A stretch of DNA of 64,000 nt from an uncultured Methanosarcinales archaeon (GCA_964485195.1 CAZAIK010000002.1:1-64000), one strand, 5' to 3'. Positions 38,184 to 47,312 are shown, numbered from the stretch's first letter. Numbers and translations are program-made. Notes: a model not told the origin generated them from the letters alone.

Positions 38184-40078
38184 TCAATGCTGGCCAGCTC
38201 AATGTCTGTCTTGAGAGCCATAACATCATAATAAACCTTTTTTCTTTCCTCTTCACCAACCCTCATTTTGGAATATGTGTTTTTAATCTGGTCATAAATA
38301 GTTCTTGCCTCGTTAATCCTTTTGCTGTTAACAGCCTCTTTTGCCCCCTCAATAAGCTTGTAGATTTCCTGCTCTTCAGGGGACTCTGCTGATACTGCCT
38401 CTTCCTGGACTTCCTCAGGCTCCAGCTGGTAGCGCTTCATCTCCCTGGAAAGATAGCTCCTGAAACTCATATCATCAATACCTTCCTTTTCCTTTTCCAG
38501 TTCGTCTTTCAGCCTTGCAGCTGCCTCTTCCCTTTCCTTGACTGCTCTTTCTCTTTCTTGCAGTTTTGCCTCTTTTTTAGCCATCTCATTTCCCTTTTCC
38601 TGCAGTTTCTGCAGCTTCACAGACTGCTCTTCAATCTGCTTATTGAGGTTGTCCAGCTTCTTTTTCATATTTGTGAAGTCCCTTTTCATCTGCGGAACAT
38701 TCTCTTTCAGCTCTTTTGCCCTGCTTATCTCCTGCTCTTTTTCCGTGATGTCCTTTAATCTTGATTTGATTTCCCTTTCTTTTTCTTCAATCTCTTTTTC
38801 TTTTGCTTGCAGTGCCTCCTGCCCTTCCTCTATCTTCTGGAATGTCTTGACTATCTCATCTTCTTTTTCCCTTATCTCTTTCTTGTCATTCTCTATTTCC
38901 TCCAGTTCCTTGTCTACCTGAGCTTTGTCCTCTTCTATTTCTGCAAGCTTTTTACCAACTTCTGCCTCTTTCTTGTTAAGCTCTGTCTTTTTGGAATCAT
39001 ACTCTACCCTTACGTTTTTCAGGAGCTCTCTTGATTCTGCTATTTCTTTTTCCAGTGAATCCCTCTTTTTGGTAAGGCTCATCACATCATCCATTAGCTT
39101 TTTCTGCTTGTCCTCAAGGATTTTGTTTTCCTCCCTGAGCTCGCTTTCCTGCTCTGAGACTTTCTTTTCCCTCTCCTTCAGGGATTTCTCCTTCTCCTGC
39201 AGTGCATTTTCCTTCTCGGAAACTGCAGACTCCCTCTTTTCCAGCTCCCCTGTTTTGCTCTTTATTTCTGTCTCTTTTTTCTGGAGCTGTTTCATCTCTT
39301 TTTTCAGCTCTTCTGCCTCTTTCCTGTTGCTTTCAATCTCGGAATTCAGCTTCTCCTTCTGATTTTTCAAATCCTCTACCTCCTTCTGGAGCTGTTCGCG
39401 CATCTTTATCTTGCCCTTGTTGTCCTTCTCGAGGCTCTTTTTTGTTTCCTCTAACTTCTTCCCACTTTCCCTGATTTGCCTTTCCCTTTCATTCAGGTCA
39501 GCCTCTTTCTTTTCAAGGTTGGACTGCTTGGTCATTATCTCCTCTGTTTTCTTGGCAACCTCTGCCTCCTTCTTCGTGAGATTGCTTTTCAAATCCTTGA
39601 GCTCTTTTTCCTGCTTGCTGATGCGCTGTTTTATTTCATCTTCCTCTTTTTTTGCATTGTCAAGCGCTTTCAGAATTTTGTTTTTCTTCTCTGACAGTTT
39701 TTCTATTTCCTCAACAAGCTTTCTCTTGTCCTTGTCAAGCTCTTTGACTTTCCTGGACAGTTCCTTGTTTATCGTGTTGAGCTCCCTTTCCTTGCCTTCC
39801 AAGGTTTTTTCCTTGTTGTCCAGGGCAGTCCTCCTGTTGATTAAGGAATCTTCCTTTTCATTGAGCTTTACCTTCTTTTCATTCAGCTCTTTCTCAACCT
39901 TCTGCAGGAGCCTTTCCTTTTCTTCAAGGGCCTTTGCCTTCTCCTTCAGGTCCTTTTCCCACTCTTTCAGGTCCTTCTTGAACAATGACGAGAACAATAC
40001 CTTGCTTTCCTTTTCCTTGGGTATGTTTGGGGGTTCTGGAACTGGGACATCATCCTTTGATTTAGACTTAACTGCCAT
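38180..40078 (-). CDS. Long coiled-coil protein (632 aa) with small C-terminal helical domain
   Basis: About 500 aa of K/E heptads, no NTPase motifs. Confidence 0.8.
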   Translation of the reverse strand: MAVKSKSKDDVPVPEPPNIPKEKESKVLFSSLFKKDLKEWEKDLKEKAKALEEKERLLQKVEKELNEKKVKLNEKEDSLINRRTALDNKEKTLEGKERELNTINKELSRKVKELDKDKRKLVEEIEKLSEKKNKILKALDNAKKEEDEIKQRISKQEKELKDLKSNLTKKEAEVAKKTEEIMTKQSNLEKKEADLNERERQIRESGKKLEETKKSLEKDNKGKIKMREQLQKEVEDLKNQKEKLNSEIESNRKEAEELKKEMKQLQKKETEIKSKTGELEKRESAVSEKENALQEKEKSLKEREKKVSEQESELREENKILEDKQKKLMDDVMSLTKKRDSLEKEIAESRELLKNVRVEYDSKKTELNKKEAEVGKKLAEIEEDKAQVDKELEEIENDKKEIREKEDEIVKTFQKIEEGQEALQAKEKEIEEKEREIKSRLKDITEKEQEISRAKELKENVPQMKRDFTNMKKKLDNLNKQIEEQSVKLQKLQEKGNEMAKKEAKLQERERAVKEREEAAARLKDELEKEKEGIDDMSFRSYLSREMKRYQLEPEEVQEEAVSAESPEEQEIYKLIEGAKEAVNSKRINEARTIYDQIKNTYSKMRVGEEERKKVYYDVMALKTDIELASID

Positions 40079-40222
40079 ATTTCACCCCCTTGCAGATGTT
40101 ATAAGAGGTCTATTTATATATTTTTTTAACCATTGTAAAATGAATATATACACTATATTTGACTCCTTTGGAAGCAGTAATCCTCCAAAACCTTTATAAA
40201 TTGCCTCCTTCCCCTCTGGCGT

Positions 40223-40396
40223 ATGGTTGAGAAACAATTGGTATGCACTTCCTGCAAGGAAAGAATCACCAACAAGTCTGTAGTGAGGTTTATGTGTCCC
40301 AAGTGCGGCAAGTATGAGATAATAAGGTGTCCCCATTGCAGGGCCATAGCTGCAAAATACAAATGCCCGGAGTGCGGTTTTGAGGGTCCCAACTAA
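40223..40396 (+). CDS. Zn-ribbon RNA-binding protein (DUF1610/HVO_2753-like), 57 aa; not in ORF track
   Basis: CTSC..FMCPKCG..IIRCPHCR..YKCPECGFEGP; conserved position upstream of EF-1beta. Confidence 0.92.
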   Translation: MVEKQLVCTSCKERITNKSVVRFMCPKCGKYEIIRCPHCRAIAAKYKCPECGFEGPN

Positions 40397-40397
40397 A

Positions 40398-40682
40398 ATG
40401 GCAAAAGTGATAGTCAAGATGAGGGTTATGCCCGAGTCCACTGAGGTGGATCTTGAAGAGCTGGAGAAAAAGGTAAGGGAAAAAATAATTTCCTTTGCAG
40501 GAATGGAAAATGCGGTCAACAATGTTGAGAAAAATCCTGTTGCCTTCGGGCTGAAGTCCCTGGACATTACCTTTGCGGTTGATGAGTCAAAAGGTGACAC
40601 AGAACCTTTGGAGGATGACATCAGCAATCTTGAAGAGGTTGCTTCTGTTGAAATCACTTCTGTTTCAAGGGCGCTGGGATAA
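40398..40682 (+). CDS. ef1b: Elongation factor 1-beta
   Basis: RVMPESTEVDL, PVAFGLKSL. Confidence 0.93.
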   Translation: MAKVIVKMRVMPESTEVDLEELEKKVREKIISFAGMENAVNNVEKNPVAFGLKSLDITFAVDESKGDTEPLEDDISNLEEVASVEITSVSRALG

Positions 40683-41228
40683 ATACTCTTCTTTAAGAAG
40701 CCCGTACAATAGCATGTTCTGCCATTCGCTGTTCCTGAATTCAATCTCCCTTAACATTCCCTCGAGTACAAATCCTGATTTTTCAAATATCCTTTGTGAG
40801 GCGATGTTCTTTTCAAATGCCCTGCCGTTTACCTTGTGCAGTTTCAATTTATTGAATGCAAAGTCAAGCATAAGCCCAGCTGCCTCTGTCACAATCCCCT
40901 GATTCCTATATTTCTTTCCAAGCCAGTATCCCATTTCAGCGTTCTGGAACCTTTCCTCTTCCTTTAATCCGTGAAGTCCTGTCCCTCCTATGACCTTGCC
41001 TGTTTCATTCAATGCAATCACTAATGGGAAACCTTTCTTCCTGTTGATGTCTGAATGGCTTTTCCTGATGAAGCTTGCTGCATCCTTTTCGCTGTAAGGA
41101 TGAGGAATGTTTGCAGTCCACCTGGCAACGCTCTCATCATTTATGTTTTCAACTAAATGAGGCAGGTCAGATATAGTGTACCTCCTGACCGTGATTCTTT
41201 CTCCGGGCAGTTCAATCCTGTTTTTCAT
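40665..41228 (-). CDS. GNAT acetyltransferase (RimJ/RimL family)
   Basis: EMGYWLGKKYRNQGIVTEA, NIASQRIFEKSGF. Confidence 0.92.
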   Translation of the reverse strand: MKNRIELPGERITVRRYTISDLPHLVENINDESVARWTANIPHPYSEKDAASFIRKSHSDINRKKGFPLVIALNETGKVIGGTGLHGLKEEERFQNAEMGYWLGKKYRNQGIVTEAAGLMLDFAFNKLKLHKVNGRAFEKNIASQRIFEKSGFVLEGMLREIEFRNSEWQNMLLYGLLKEEYLSQRP

Positions 41229-41329
41229 AGGACATTAATAGCCCGGATAGTATATAAATGTTACTAATAATAAGTGGTTACAAAGTTACAAAAGGAAAGT
41301 ATATAAACTTTTCACAATTCCCTGGTTGC

Positions 41330-41659
41330 ATGGCAGATGAAATCTTTTCAAGATATGAGATAAAATCCAGCCAGACTGATTCAGAACTGATACCAATGAA
41401 GATAACGCTTCCTGTTGAAGCAGTAACTGATAATCTTGATTATTTGGCAATATATATGAGAGAAAAACAAGCATTTCATGTGCCAGAAAAACTGCCCCAG
41501 AATCTTGACTGGATATCTTTTATAGATGAGGTCCTGCTTTCCCATGCAGAACCGGAAATATTTGGTTTATATGTTGATGAGATAAAAGAAATAGGAATAA
41601 AGGATAACAAAATATACATAGACTGCCTTCTGCATGATCCGGATTGGAATAGTTTTTGA
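41330..41659 (+). CDS. Hypothetical protein
   Basis: ORF downstream of TATATAAA. Confidence 0.55.
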   Translation: MADEIFSRYEIKSSQTDSELIPMKITLPVEAVTDNLDYLAIYMREKQAFHVPEKLPQNLDWISFIDEVLLSHAEPEIFGLYVDEIKEIGIKDNKIYIDCLLHDPDWNSF

Positions 41660-41665
41660 ATCAAC

Positions 41666-41779
41666 TCATCTCCAGGTTCTCTGCTTCCACCTGAAGTAAA
41701 CCCTTCCGTTGTCACCGAACTCTATCTGCTTCCACCTGAGCTTTCTCCTTTCCGATTTTATGAAGTTTAGCTTGGTCAT
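41666..41779 (-). CDS. Putative 37-aa basic Trp-rich peptide
   Basis: MTKLNFIKSERRKLRWKQIEFGDNGRVYFRWKQRTWR; ATGA overlap with upstream ORF. Confidence 0.5.
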   Translation of the reverse strand: MTKLNFIKSERRKLRWKQIEFGDNGRVYFRWKQRTWR

Positions 41780-42030
41780 TTTACCAAAAAATGCAGCAAC
41801 CCCCAGTTTTTTCCCCAAAAGCTCAGCACGATTGAGGCTATTATCACGAATATGAAAAAGCGCGCATCAAACCAGTGCATCACCTTGGTAAAAAAAACAA
41901 GCCAGTAAAAAGGCATCGAGGTGAAAAACAATGCCTTCTTACCAAGGCTTGCCAGCGGTTTTCTAAATGAAAACGCCTCTTTTACCCGTGTCTGTGCGAC
42001 TATGCTGAATGAATTTATTGTTTGTTCCAT
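41776..42030 (-). CDS. Small 2-TM membrane protein
   Basis: Hydrophobic segments; ATG at 42030. Confidence 0.55.
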   Translation of the reverse strand: MEQTINSFSIVAQTRVKEAFSFRKPLASLGKKALFFTSMPFYWLVFFTKVMHWFDARFFIFVIIASIVLSFWGKNWGLLHFLVK

Positions 42031-42040
42031 TATTTTTTTA

Positions 42041-42078
42041 TGCCCGAGGGCCCTGCAAAAATGCAAGGCCTTCGAGCA
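42041..42078 (-). other. 17-bp intercistronic hairpin
   Basis: UGCUCGAAGGCCUUGCA-UUUU-UGCAGGGCCCUCGGGCA; two positions pair as U-G only on the minus strand, one A-C mismatch. Confidence 0.7.
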
Positions 42079-42096
42079 CACCCCCAACAAATGAAT

Positions 42097-43065
42097 TTAA
42101 TGCAAAACCTCGTTGTATCCTCCGGAAGGCGCCCCGCTTGTCGGATAATATCCAGTTTCCCTTGGGCTGGCTCTTGATTCCCTGTTGGCAGCCACCAGGC
42201 AGTCAACTATATCCTTGTTCAGCCTTCCGCGCTTGCTGTCTGTAATTATGTTGCCCAGCGCCTCACGCACGCTGTAGCTCTTGGGCCTGTAAGGCCTGTC
42301 CTCAATCAGCGCGTCAAAGACATCCACCACTCCTGCTATCTGCGCGAACAACGGGATGTCATCCCCTTCCAGTCCGTAGGGATAACCGCTCCCGTCCAGC
42401 CTTTCGTGATGGTAAAGTATTACTTCCATGCTTTCCTGAGGCAGGTCATATGTTGTTGCCGTGATTGCATTGCCAAGCTCAGGATGCATCTGCATAATCT
42501 CCCTCTCTTCCGGAGCAAGCAGTCCGGGCTTGTTCACTATGTCCAAGGGAAGCGCATATTTCCCGATGTCGTGATTGACCATTCCTCTCAGAAGCTTAAT
42601 CCTATCCTCCTTTGGAAGGCCCATAGTTCTTCCCACAACTTCTGCCATCAGTGTGGTGGAGATATGATGAAGTGATGTCTTGGCATAATCCTTGTAGCCC
42701 GGAACCTGAGGAAAAACCTCCATCTTCCTGGCGTACAATATGGGTGCGATGTGTTTTTTCAGCCCTGCTTCTTTAAGCAGGCTCTTCACATCCTCATCAG
42801 TCTGCTCCAAAAACATCCTGGTTCTTGCCTTCCTGTCATCCAGAACAGCAAGGCAGTAGTTGAAGAACATGAATTCCTCATTTACTGCGTGGGCAAGCCC
42901 TTCCTGGTTTGCTATCATCCTCTGCAGCAAGGGATCTTCCTGCAGCAGGTTATAGAGCTCTCCCTCTGTCAGCCTCGGATTGGCTATGCCTGTCAAATCA
43001 CTGTCTGATAAATTCCAGTCTTCCCCCATTATTTCCTTCATTTTCATCGACCACTCCGGTGACAC
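42097..43065 (-). CDS. HD-GYP domain protein (cyclic dinucleotide phosphodiesterase family)
   Basis: HDIGK, HPELG, HHERLDGSGYPYGL, DVFDAL..RPYR; GAGGTGA SD before GTG. Confidence 0.9.
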   Translation of the reverse strand: MSPEWSMKMKEIMGEDWNLSDSDLTGIANPRLTEGELYNLLQEDPLLQRMIANQEGLAHAVNEEFMFFNYCLAVLDDRKARTRMFLEQTDEDVKSLLKEAGLKKHIAPILYARKMEVFPQVPGYKDYAKTSLHHISTTLMAEVVGRTMGLPKEDRIKLLRGMVNHDIGKYALPLDIVNKPGLLAPEEREIMQMHPELGNAITATTYDLPQESMEVILYHHERLDGSGYPYGLEGDDIPLFAQIAGVVDVFDALIEDRPYRPKSYSVREALGNIITDSKRGRLNKDIVDCLVAANRESRASPRETGYYPTSGAPSGGYNEVLH

Positions 43066-43124
43066 TGTCTTTCACCTCTTTTTACATAGCTACCGCTACG
43101 CGGAACTTGTTTTGTTTTTTTGCA

Positions 43125-43150
43125 GAGCTGAAGCTAACTAACTTCAGCTC
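43125..43150 (-). other. Hairpin downstream of cdc6
   Basis: GAGCTGAAG...CTTCAGCTC inverted repeat. Confidence 0.65.
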
Positions 43151-43167
43151 AAATTTTCCCCCTAACC

Positions 43168-44349
43168 CTAAATGCTTCTCCTAAGCAGTTTTTCTGCCTT
43201 GGCTTTCAAACCCTTGTCCAGGTTCACGGTGATTTTTCTTGCCTTTTTCTTGGTTGTTTTCAACCACCCCACTTCTGAGTTGATTAGTGACAATTCATCA
43301 AGATTGACCAAGAAGGTCCTGATTCTTCTCTCTGTCAGCGGCTCTATGTTGTATGAGGAACAAAGCTCAAGATAAGCTTTGTAAACCTCTCCTCCCCCGA
43401 CTTCCAGATCCTTTCTCTCGTTTTTCAGCACTGCCATATACAGCAGCTTCTGGTGCTTGGGCAGGCTCGCTATTATGTTGAGCACAGAGTTTTCCTCTAT
43501 GTTCTTGTCAGCGTCCTCCACAAGGTCAATAGTTATCTTCTTCTTGTTGCTGGCAACCGCAATCTTTGCGCAGGCATCCGTCATTTCCAGCGCCCTCCTC
43601 GCGTCGCCTCCCCTGTTTGCCTCTATCTCCGCTATCTTCCTTATCACGTTATCGCTGACCACACCCTTCTGGAAGGCAATGTTTGCTCTTTCCTTCACTA
43701 TGTCAAACAGCTCGTTGGCATTGTAAGGAGAGAATATTATCTTAATCCTTCCAAAAGCTGACTGTGTCCTTGGCTTGATGTAGTCCGAAACTTTCACGTC
43801 ATTGGATATGGTTATTGTTGACACTTTTCTCTTTACCTGGTCATTGATCCTGCTCAGCCTGTAGAGCACGTCATCCCCTGATTCCCTCAGGGCGTAGTCA
43901 ACCTCGTCCAGGATTATGAGCACGTTCTTGCTGTCATTGTTCATCACCTTGTTGAACTCGTCGATTGTCTTTGTCCTGTTCCACCCCATCTTCGGATATT
44001 TCTTCTCCTGATTGACCTGAGAAAGGATAGATAACAATATGGCTGTTTCAGTCCTGTTCTCAGAGCAATTCACGTAAGCTGTCATCAAGTCCACTGATCG
44101 TTTTCCTGCCTCTTCCTTGAGTTCCTCCATTAAGTCAAGCAATAATGCTGACTTTCCCGTGCCCGGGTTTCCATACACTAATACGCAGGCCACGGGAGAA
44201 TTCATTAATACAGGAGCCAGCTCCATAACCAGCTCGTTCTTCTGCTTTGTCCTGTGCTGGAATCCTGTTGGCGGCTGTAGCGCGAACAGCACATCCCTGT
44301 TCTTGTAGATGTTGTTTTCCAGCACGCTTGAAAATGTTAATTCTCTCAT
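43168..44349 (-). CDS. cdc6: Cdc6/Orc1 replication initiator
   Basis: YGNPGTGKS, YVNC, ILDEVD, FSPYNANEL, GDARRA, C-terminal WH; start reassigned to MRELTF, downstream of TATA at 44371-44380. Confidence 0.93.
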   Translation of the reverse strand: MRELTFSSVLENNIYKNRDVLFALQPPTGFQHRTKQKNELVMELAPVLMNSPVACVLVYGNPGTGKSALLLDLMEELKEEAGKRSVDLMTAYVNCSENRTETAILLSILSQVNQEKKYPKMGWNRTKTIDEFNKVMNNDSKNVLIILDEVDYALRESGDDVLYRLSRINDQVKRKVSTITISNDVKVSDYIKPRTQSAFGRIKIIFSPYNANELFDIVKERANIAFQKGVVSDNVIRKIAEIEANRGGDARRALEMTDACAKIAVASNKKKITIDLVEDADKNIEENSVLNIIASLPKHQKLLYMAVLKNERKDLEVGGGEVYKAYLELCSSYNIEPLTERRIRTFLVNLDELSLINSEVGWLKTTKKKARKITVNLDKGLKAKAEKLLRRSI

Positions 44350-44485
44350 GCTGGGAGGGAATACTTTCCTTATATTTAAATGTTTCCTTTTTTTCCAAAG
44401 GTTAATTAATTTCCGATACTTCCGATAATCTTCAGAGCCTCCAGAAAACAAAAATTTAAATAGTTGGGCCCTTTTGGATTTAGCC

Positions 44486-45049
44486 ATGCTTTATGACTTG
44501 TTAACCAGCAGACCTGCCATTAACATCCTGAAAAAGCTCTCTGACAAGGACAAGGACAAAAAATATGCCATTAAGATAAGGGAGCTGGCAGGGGATTACA
44601 AAAAGGCAGAGGAGGCCGTGAAATTGCTTTCTGAACGCGGGCTGGTGTATGTGGAGGATGGCCTGCTGTCAATATCTGAAAAGGGCAAGAAGTTCATAGA
44701 CATATTTGATCAGCTGGTTGATTTGTCCAGCCAGAAGGAGAAGAAAAGGGAGACCAACGTGGAGATACGCTACGACCTGTCTGATTTTGAGAAGAAAACA
44801 TTGTTTATGCTCCTGAGGCTGCAGCAGGAAACCAACAGGCCTGTTTCACTTACAACGCTTTCACGGGAACTGTTCCCCTACGAGAATTATGAGCAGAAGA
44901 AAACCAGGGTTTCAAGGCAGTTGAACAAACTTGAACATCTCAACCTTGTGAGAAAGATAAAGAAAAGGGAAGTGATGGCAGAAGTAACAGATACAGGAAC
45001 AAAAGTCGTCAAGAGGCAGCTGGTCACAGAGATTTCAAGAATTGCTTAG
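44486..45049 (+). CDS. Tandem winged-helix protein divergent from cdc6
   Basis: Two wHTH-like units (LSERGLV..SISEKGK; VSRQLNKLEHLNLV..EVTDTG). Confidence 0.7.
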   Translation: MLYDLLTSRPAINILKKLSDKDKDKKYAIKIRELAGDYKKAEEAVKLLSERGLVYVEDGLLSISEKGKKFIDIFDQLVDLSSQKEKKRETNVEIRYDLSDFEKKTLFMLLRLQQETNRPVSLTTLSRELFPYENYEQKKTRVSRQLNKLEHLNLVRKIKKREVMAEVTDTGTKVVKRQLVTEISRIA

Positions 45050-45053
45050 TTTT

Positions 45054-45542
45054 TTAACCAGCAACAGAATTCAATTTTTCCAATTTCTTAGAATACTGCT
45101 CTCTTTTGATTGGGATAGTCTCTTTTCCTCTTTTATAAATTTCTTTTAACGCTCTTAATGGAATAATAGTGAAAAGAACATCATTAATTTTTACTTCAAC
45201 AAAATCATATGGAAGATCTTTATAGTACTCTTCAATTGCGTCAAATGTAATCTTTACATCATCTTTGAATATTTTTAAAGAATGATAATCAGTTTCCTCA
45301 TAACGCAATTCTTTATTTTCTTTAATTTTGTCAATTATTTTGGAAAAAGAGGATTCTGGAACAAGAAGGTCAATATCATTAATGCTTATTGTTTCGTCTC
45401 TTGTGTAAGATGCGTAAGGGAGACTTCCATAAACAATTGGTTTAATGTTGAGTTCTTTACATATTTCAAAAAGTTCTTTTGCAAAAGAGAGCAGTTTTGA
45501 AAAGTATTTTTTATTCTGTGGCTGATAGTAAATAGATTCCAT
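45054..45542 (-). CDS. Nucleotidyltransferase-superfamily protein (AT-rich)
   Basis: VYGS...NDIDLLV motif. Confidence 0.65.
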   Translation of the reverse strand: MESIYYQPQNKKYFSKLLSFAKELFEICKELNIKPIVYGSLPYASYTRDETISINDIDLLVPESSFSKIIDKIKENKELRYEETDYHSLKIFKDDVKITFDAIEEYYKDLPYDFVEVKINDVLFTIIPLRALKEIYKRGKETIPIKREQYSKKLEKLNSVAG

Positions 45543-45620
45543 AATAGATATGATGCGCATTGTGCGATTTAAATGTATTGGAAATTTCCTACCTGAACAA
45601 AATCACAACAAATTCTTAAT

Positions 45621-46664
45621 TTAATATGACCTTTTTTTATTTTTAAGGATTTCGCTGTTTTCAGCTTTTTTATTGAGAATGTCAATGAACCTTTTCTCGG
45701 GCATCTCACATTTTATGCCCTCTTCAGCGAAATGAGTTCTTGCCGCATTGATACTGTTCTCTTTCAGTCTCTTAACTACTTCCTTTATTCTCGGAGTTTT
45801 TCCCTTTGAAAGCCTGTCAAGGCTGTAAAAGCCAACCTGTTCAATTTCAGACTCATCCCTTAAAACTTCAAGGAGTTTTGTTGACTCTGCATCTGAATGC
45901 CTCAGCATTTTCTCTATCAATTTTTTGCTGTTTAACATTCCTGTCCACAGGGGGCCAGCTTTTTGAAAAAAGTTGTGCTGTTTTATGATTTCATCGCATT
46001 TGCCCTTTCCCTTCTCGCACCTGAGAAAAATCCTGTAGTAATGGTCTTTTGAATATGACAATACCGGCGTCAGGGCCTTTTCATACTGAACACCTATTAA
46101 CTGTATCTTTCTTGCCAAAATCCTTATGCCAATCTCGTGCATAAGGTAATTCCTTAATGGCCTTGCCCAGTATTTTCTCTTGCAGGCATTCGCATAAGTT
46201 CCTGTCAATGCTGCTGTGTCAGTAGCAGTGACTGCAAGAACCCCTTTTCTTGCAATCCTTTTTACTGCGGAATCAAGAAAGGGGTTGGGAGTTCCGAAAG
46301 GGTCAACATCAATGTAGTCAAAACCTCTTGATTCAAGAAGAAAAATATTTGCGTCCTTGTTGTGGATGTTTGCCCTGATATTGTTATGCTTCAGGTTTTC
46401 CCTTATTAGCTCAACAGCCTTTTCAGAATGGTCATTGACGTCAATTGAACTTATCTTTCCTGTTTCCCTAATTAACCTTATTGCCCTTATTCCTGTGCCT
46501 GCCAAGGGGTCCGCAGCCCTGATTTCCCTGTCAAAATAAGACTTGACTAACAATATGGAAAGAGTCCTGTTCAGCCTCATAACAGGATTGTAGAAAATTC
46601 CCATCCTCTTTGAGACTACTTTCGGGGTTTCTGCCTCTATCTCAGCCAAGCCTTCCTTAATCAT
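45621..46664 (-). CDS. trm1: tRNA (guanine26-N2)-dimethyltransferase
   Basis: FYNPVM..NR, AGTGIRAIR, DVDPFGTP, TATDTAAL, GPLWTG. Confidence 0.95.
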   Translation of the reverse strand: MIKEGLAEIEAETPKVVSKRMGIFYNPVMRLNRTLSILLVKSYFDREIRAADPLAGTGIRAIRLIRETGKISSIDVNDHSEKAVELIRENLKHNNIRANIHNKDANIFLLESRGFDYIDVDPFGTPNPFLDSAVKRIARKGVLAVTATDTAALTGTYANACKRKYWARPLRNYLMHEIGIRILARKIQLIGVQYEKALTPVLSYSKDHYYRIFLRCEKGKGKCDEIIKQHNFFQKAGPLWTGMLNSKKLIEKMLRHSDAESTKLLEVLRDESEIEQVGFYSLDRLSKGKTPRIKEVVKRLKENSINAARTHFAEEGIKCEMPEKRFIDILNKKAENSEILKNKKRSY

Positions 46665-46793
46665 GCTTTTCTGGTATGAACTGTGTTTTTAAAGGTTGTC
46701 CCGGCCGCAGCTTCCAAAACTTAAATATTCTTTTTATTCACTCTTTTTATGAAATCCAAAGATTTAAATACTATAGCTACTTATAGGTTCGCT

Positions 46794-47012
46794 ATGGTAA
46801 CAACAATCCAGGTCAGCGAGGAGCTGGCAAAGGAATTGAAGAAAAGGAAAATGCACGCAAAGGAAAGCTATGAGGACGTAATCTGGGACTTGCTTGAGGA
46901 CACTATGGAGCTTTCTGAAGAGACACTTAAGAACATTGAAGAAGCCAAAAAGGACATAGCCAAGGGCAGGGTTTACACCCACGAACAGATAAAAAAGGAG
47001 ATGGGCCTATAA
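46794..47012 (+). CDS. Antitoxin (archaeal RHH/RelB-like)
   Basis: TTIQVSEE..ESYEDVIW..DIAKGRVYT; abuts the toxin gene. Confidence 0.85.
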   Translation: MVTTIQVSEELAKELKKRKMHAKESYEDVIWDLLEDTMELSEETLKNIEEAKKDIAKGRVYTHEQIKKEMGL

Positions 47013-47260
47013 TGTATTCCCTTGCCTACACAGACAAGTTTCGCAGGCAATTCAAAAAACTTGGAAAAAACATTCAGAAAAGGGTTATTTCTGCCCTGGA
47101 AAGAATTAGAATAAGGCCTTACCCCCACGTGAAGAAACTGGTTGGCTACCCTTATTACAGCCTGAGGGCGGGAAGCTACAGGATAATCCTGGACATAGCG
47201 GGTGACAAGCTGGTTATATACTCCCTTGAAGTGGGACACAGGAAGAAGGTTTACAAGTGA
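47012..47260 (+). CDS. relE: RelE/ParE family toxin
   Basis: KKLVG..YSLRAGSYRII..VGHRKKVY. Confidence 0.92.
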   Translation: MYSLAYTDKFRRQFKKLGKNIQKRVISALERIRIRPYPHVKKLVGYPYYSLRAGSYRIILDIAGDKLVIYSLEVGHRKKVYK

Positions 47261-47312
47261 GGTTGTGTTCGCGACTTCTTAAGATTAAATAGCTAAAAAA
47301 AGGCCATCTTCA

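Noticed and set aside
38180..40078. SMC/Rad50 assignment
   Set aside because: No Walker A/B, signature motif or hinge/hook.
38538..40744. Long Ser/Phe/Leu-rich ORFs opposite the coiled-coil and EF-1beta genes (and similar shadows elsewhere)
   Set aside because: Antisense shadows of real genes.
43066..43167. c-di-GMP riboswitch upstream of HD-GYP
   Set aside because: Hairpins are present but the GEMM-type conserved motifs are not recognisable.
44350..44487. N-terminal extension of Cdc6 from ATG 44487, and canonical ORB elements
   Set aside because: The extension overlaps the divergent gene start and both TATA boxes; no full ORB with G-string is seen.
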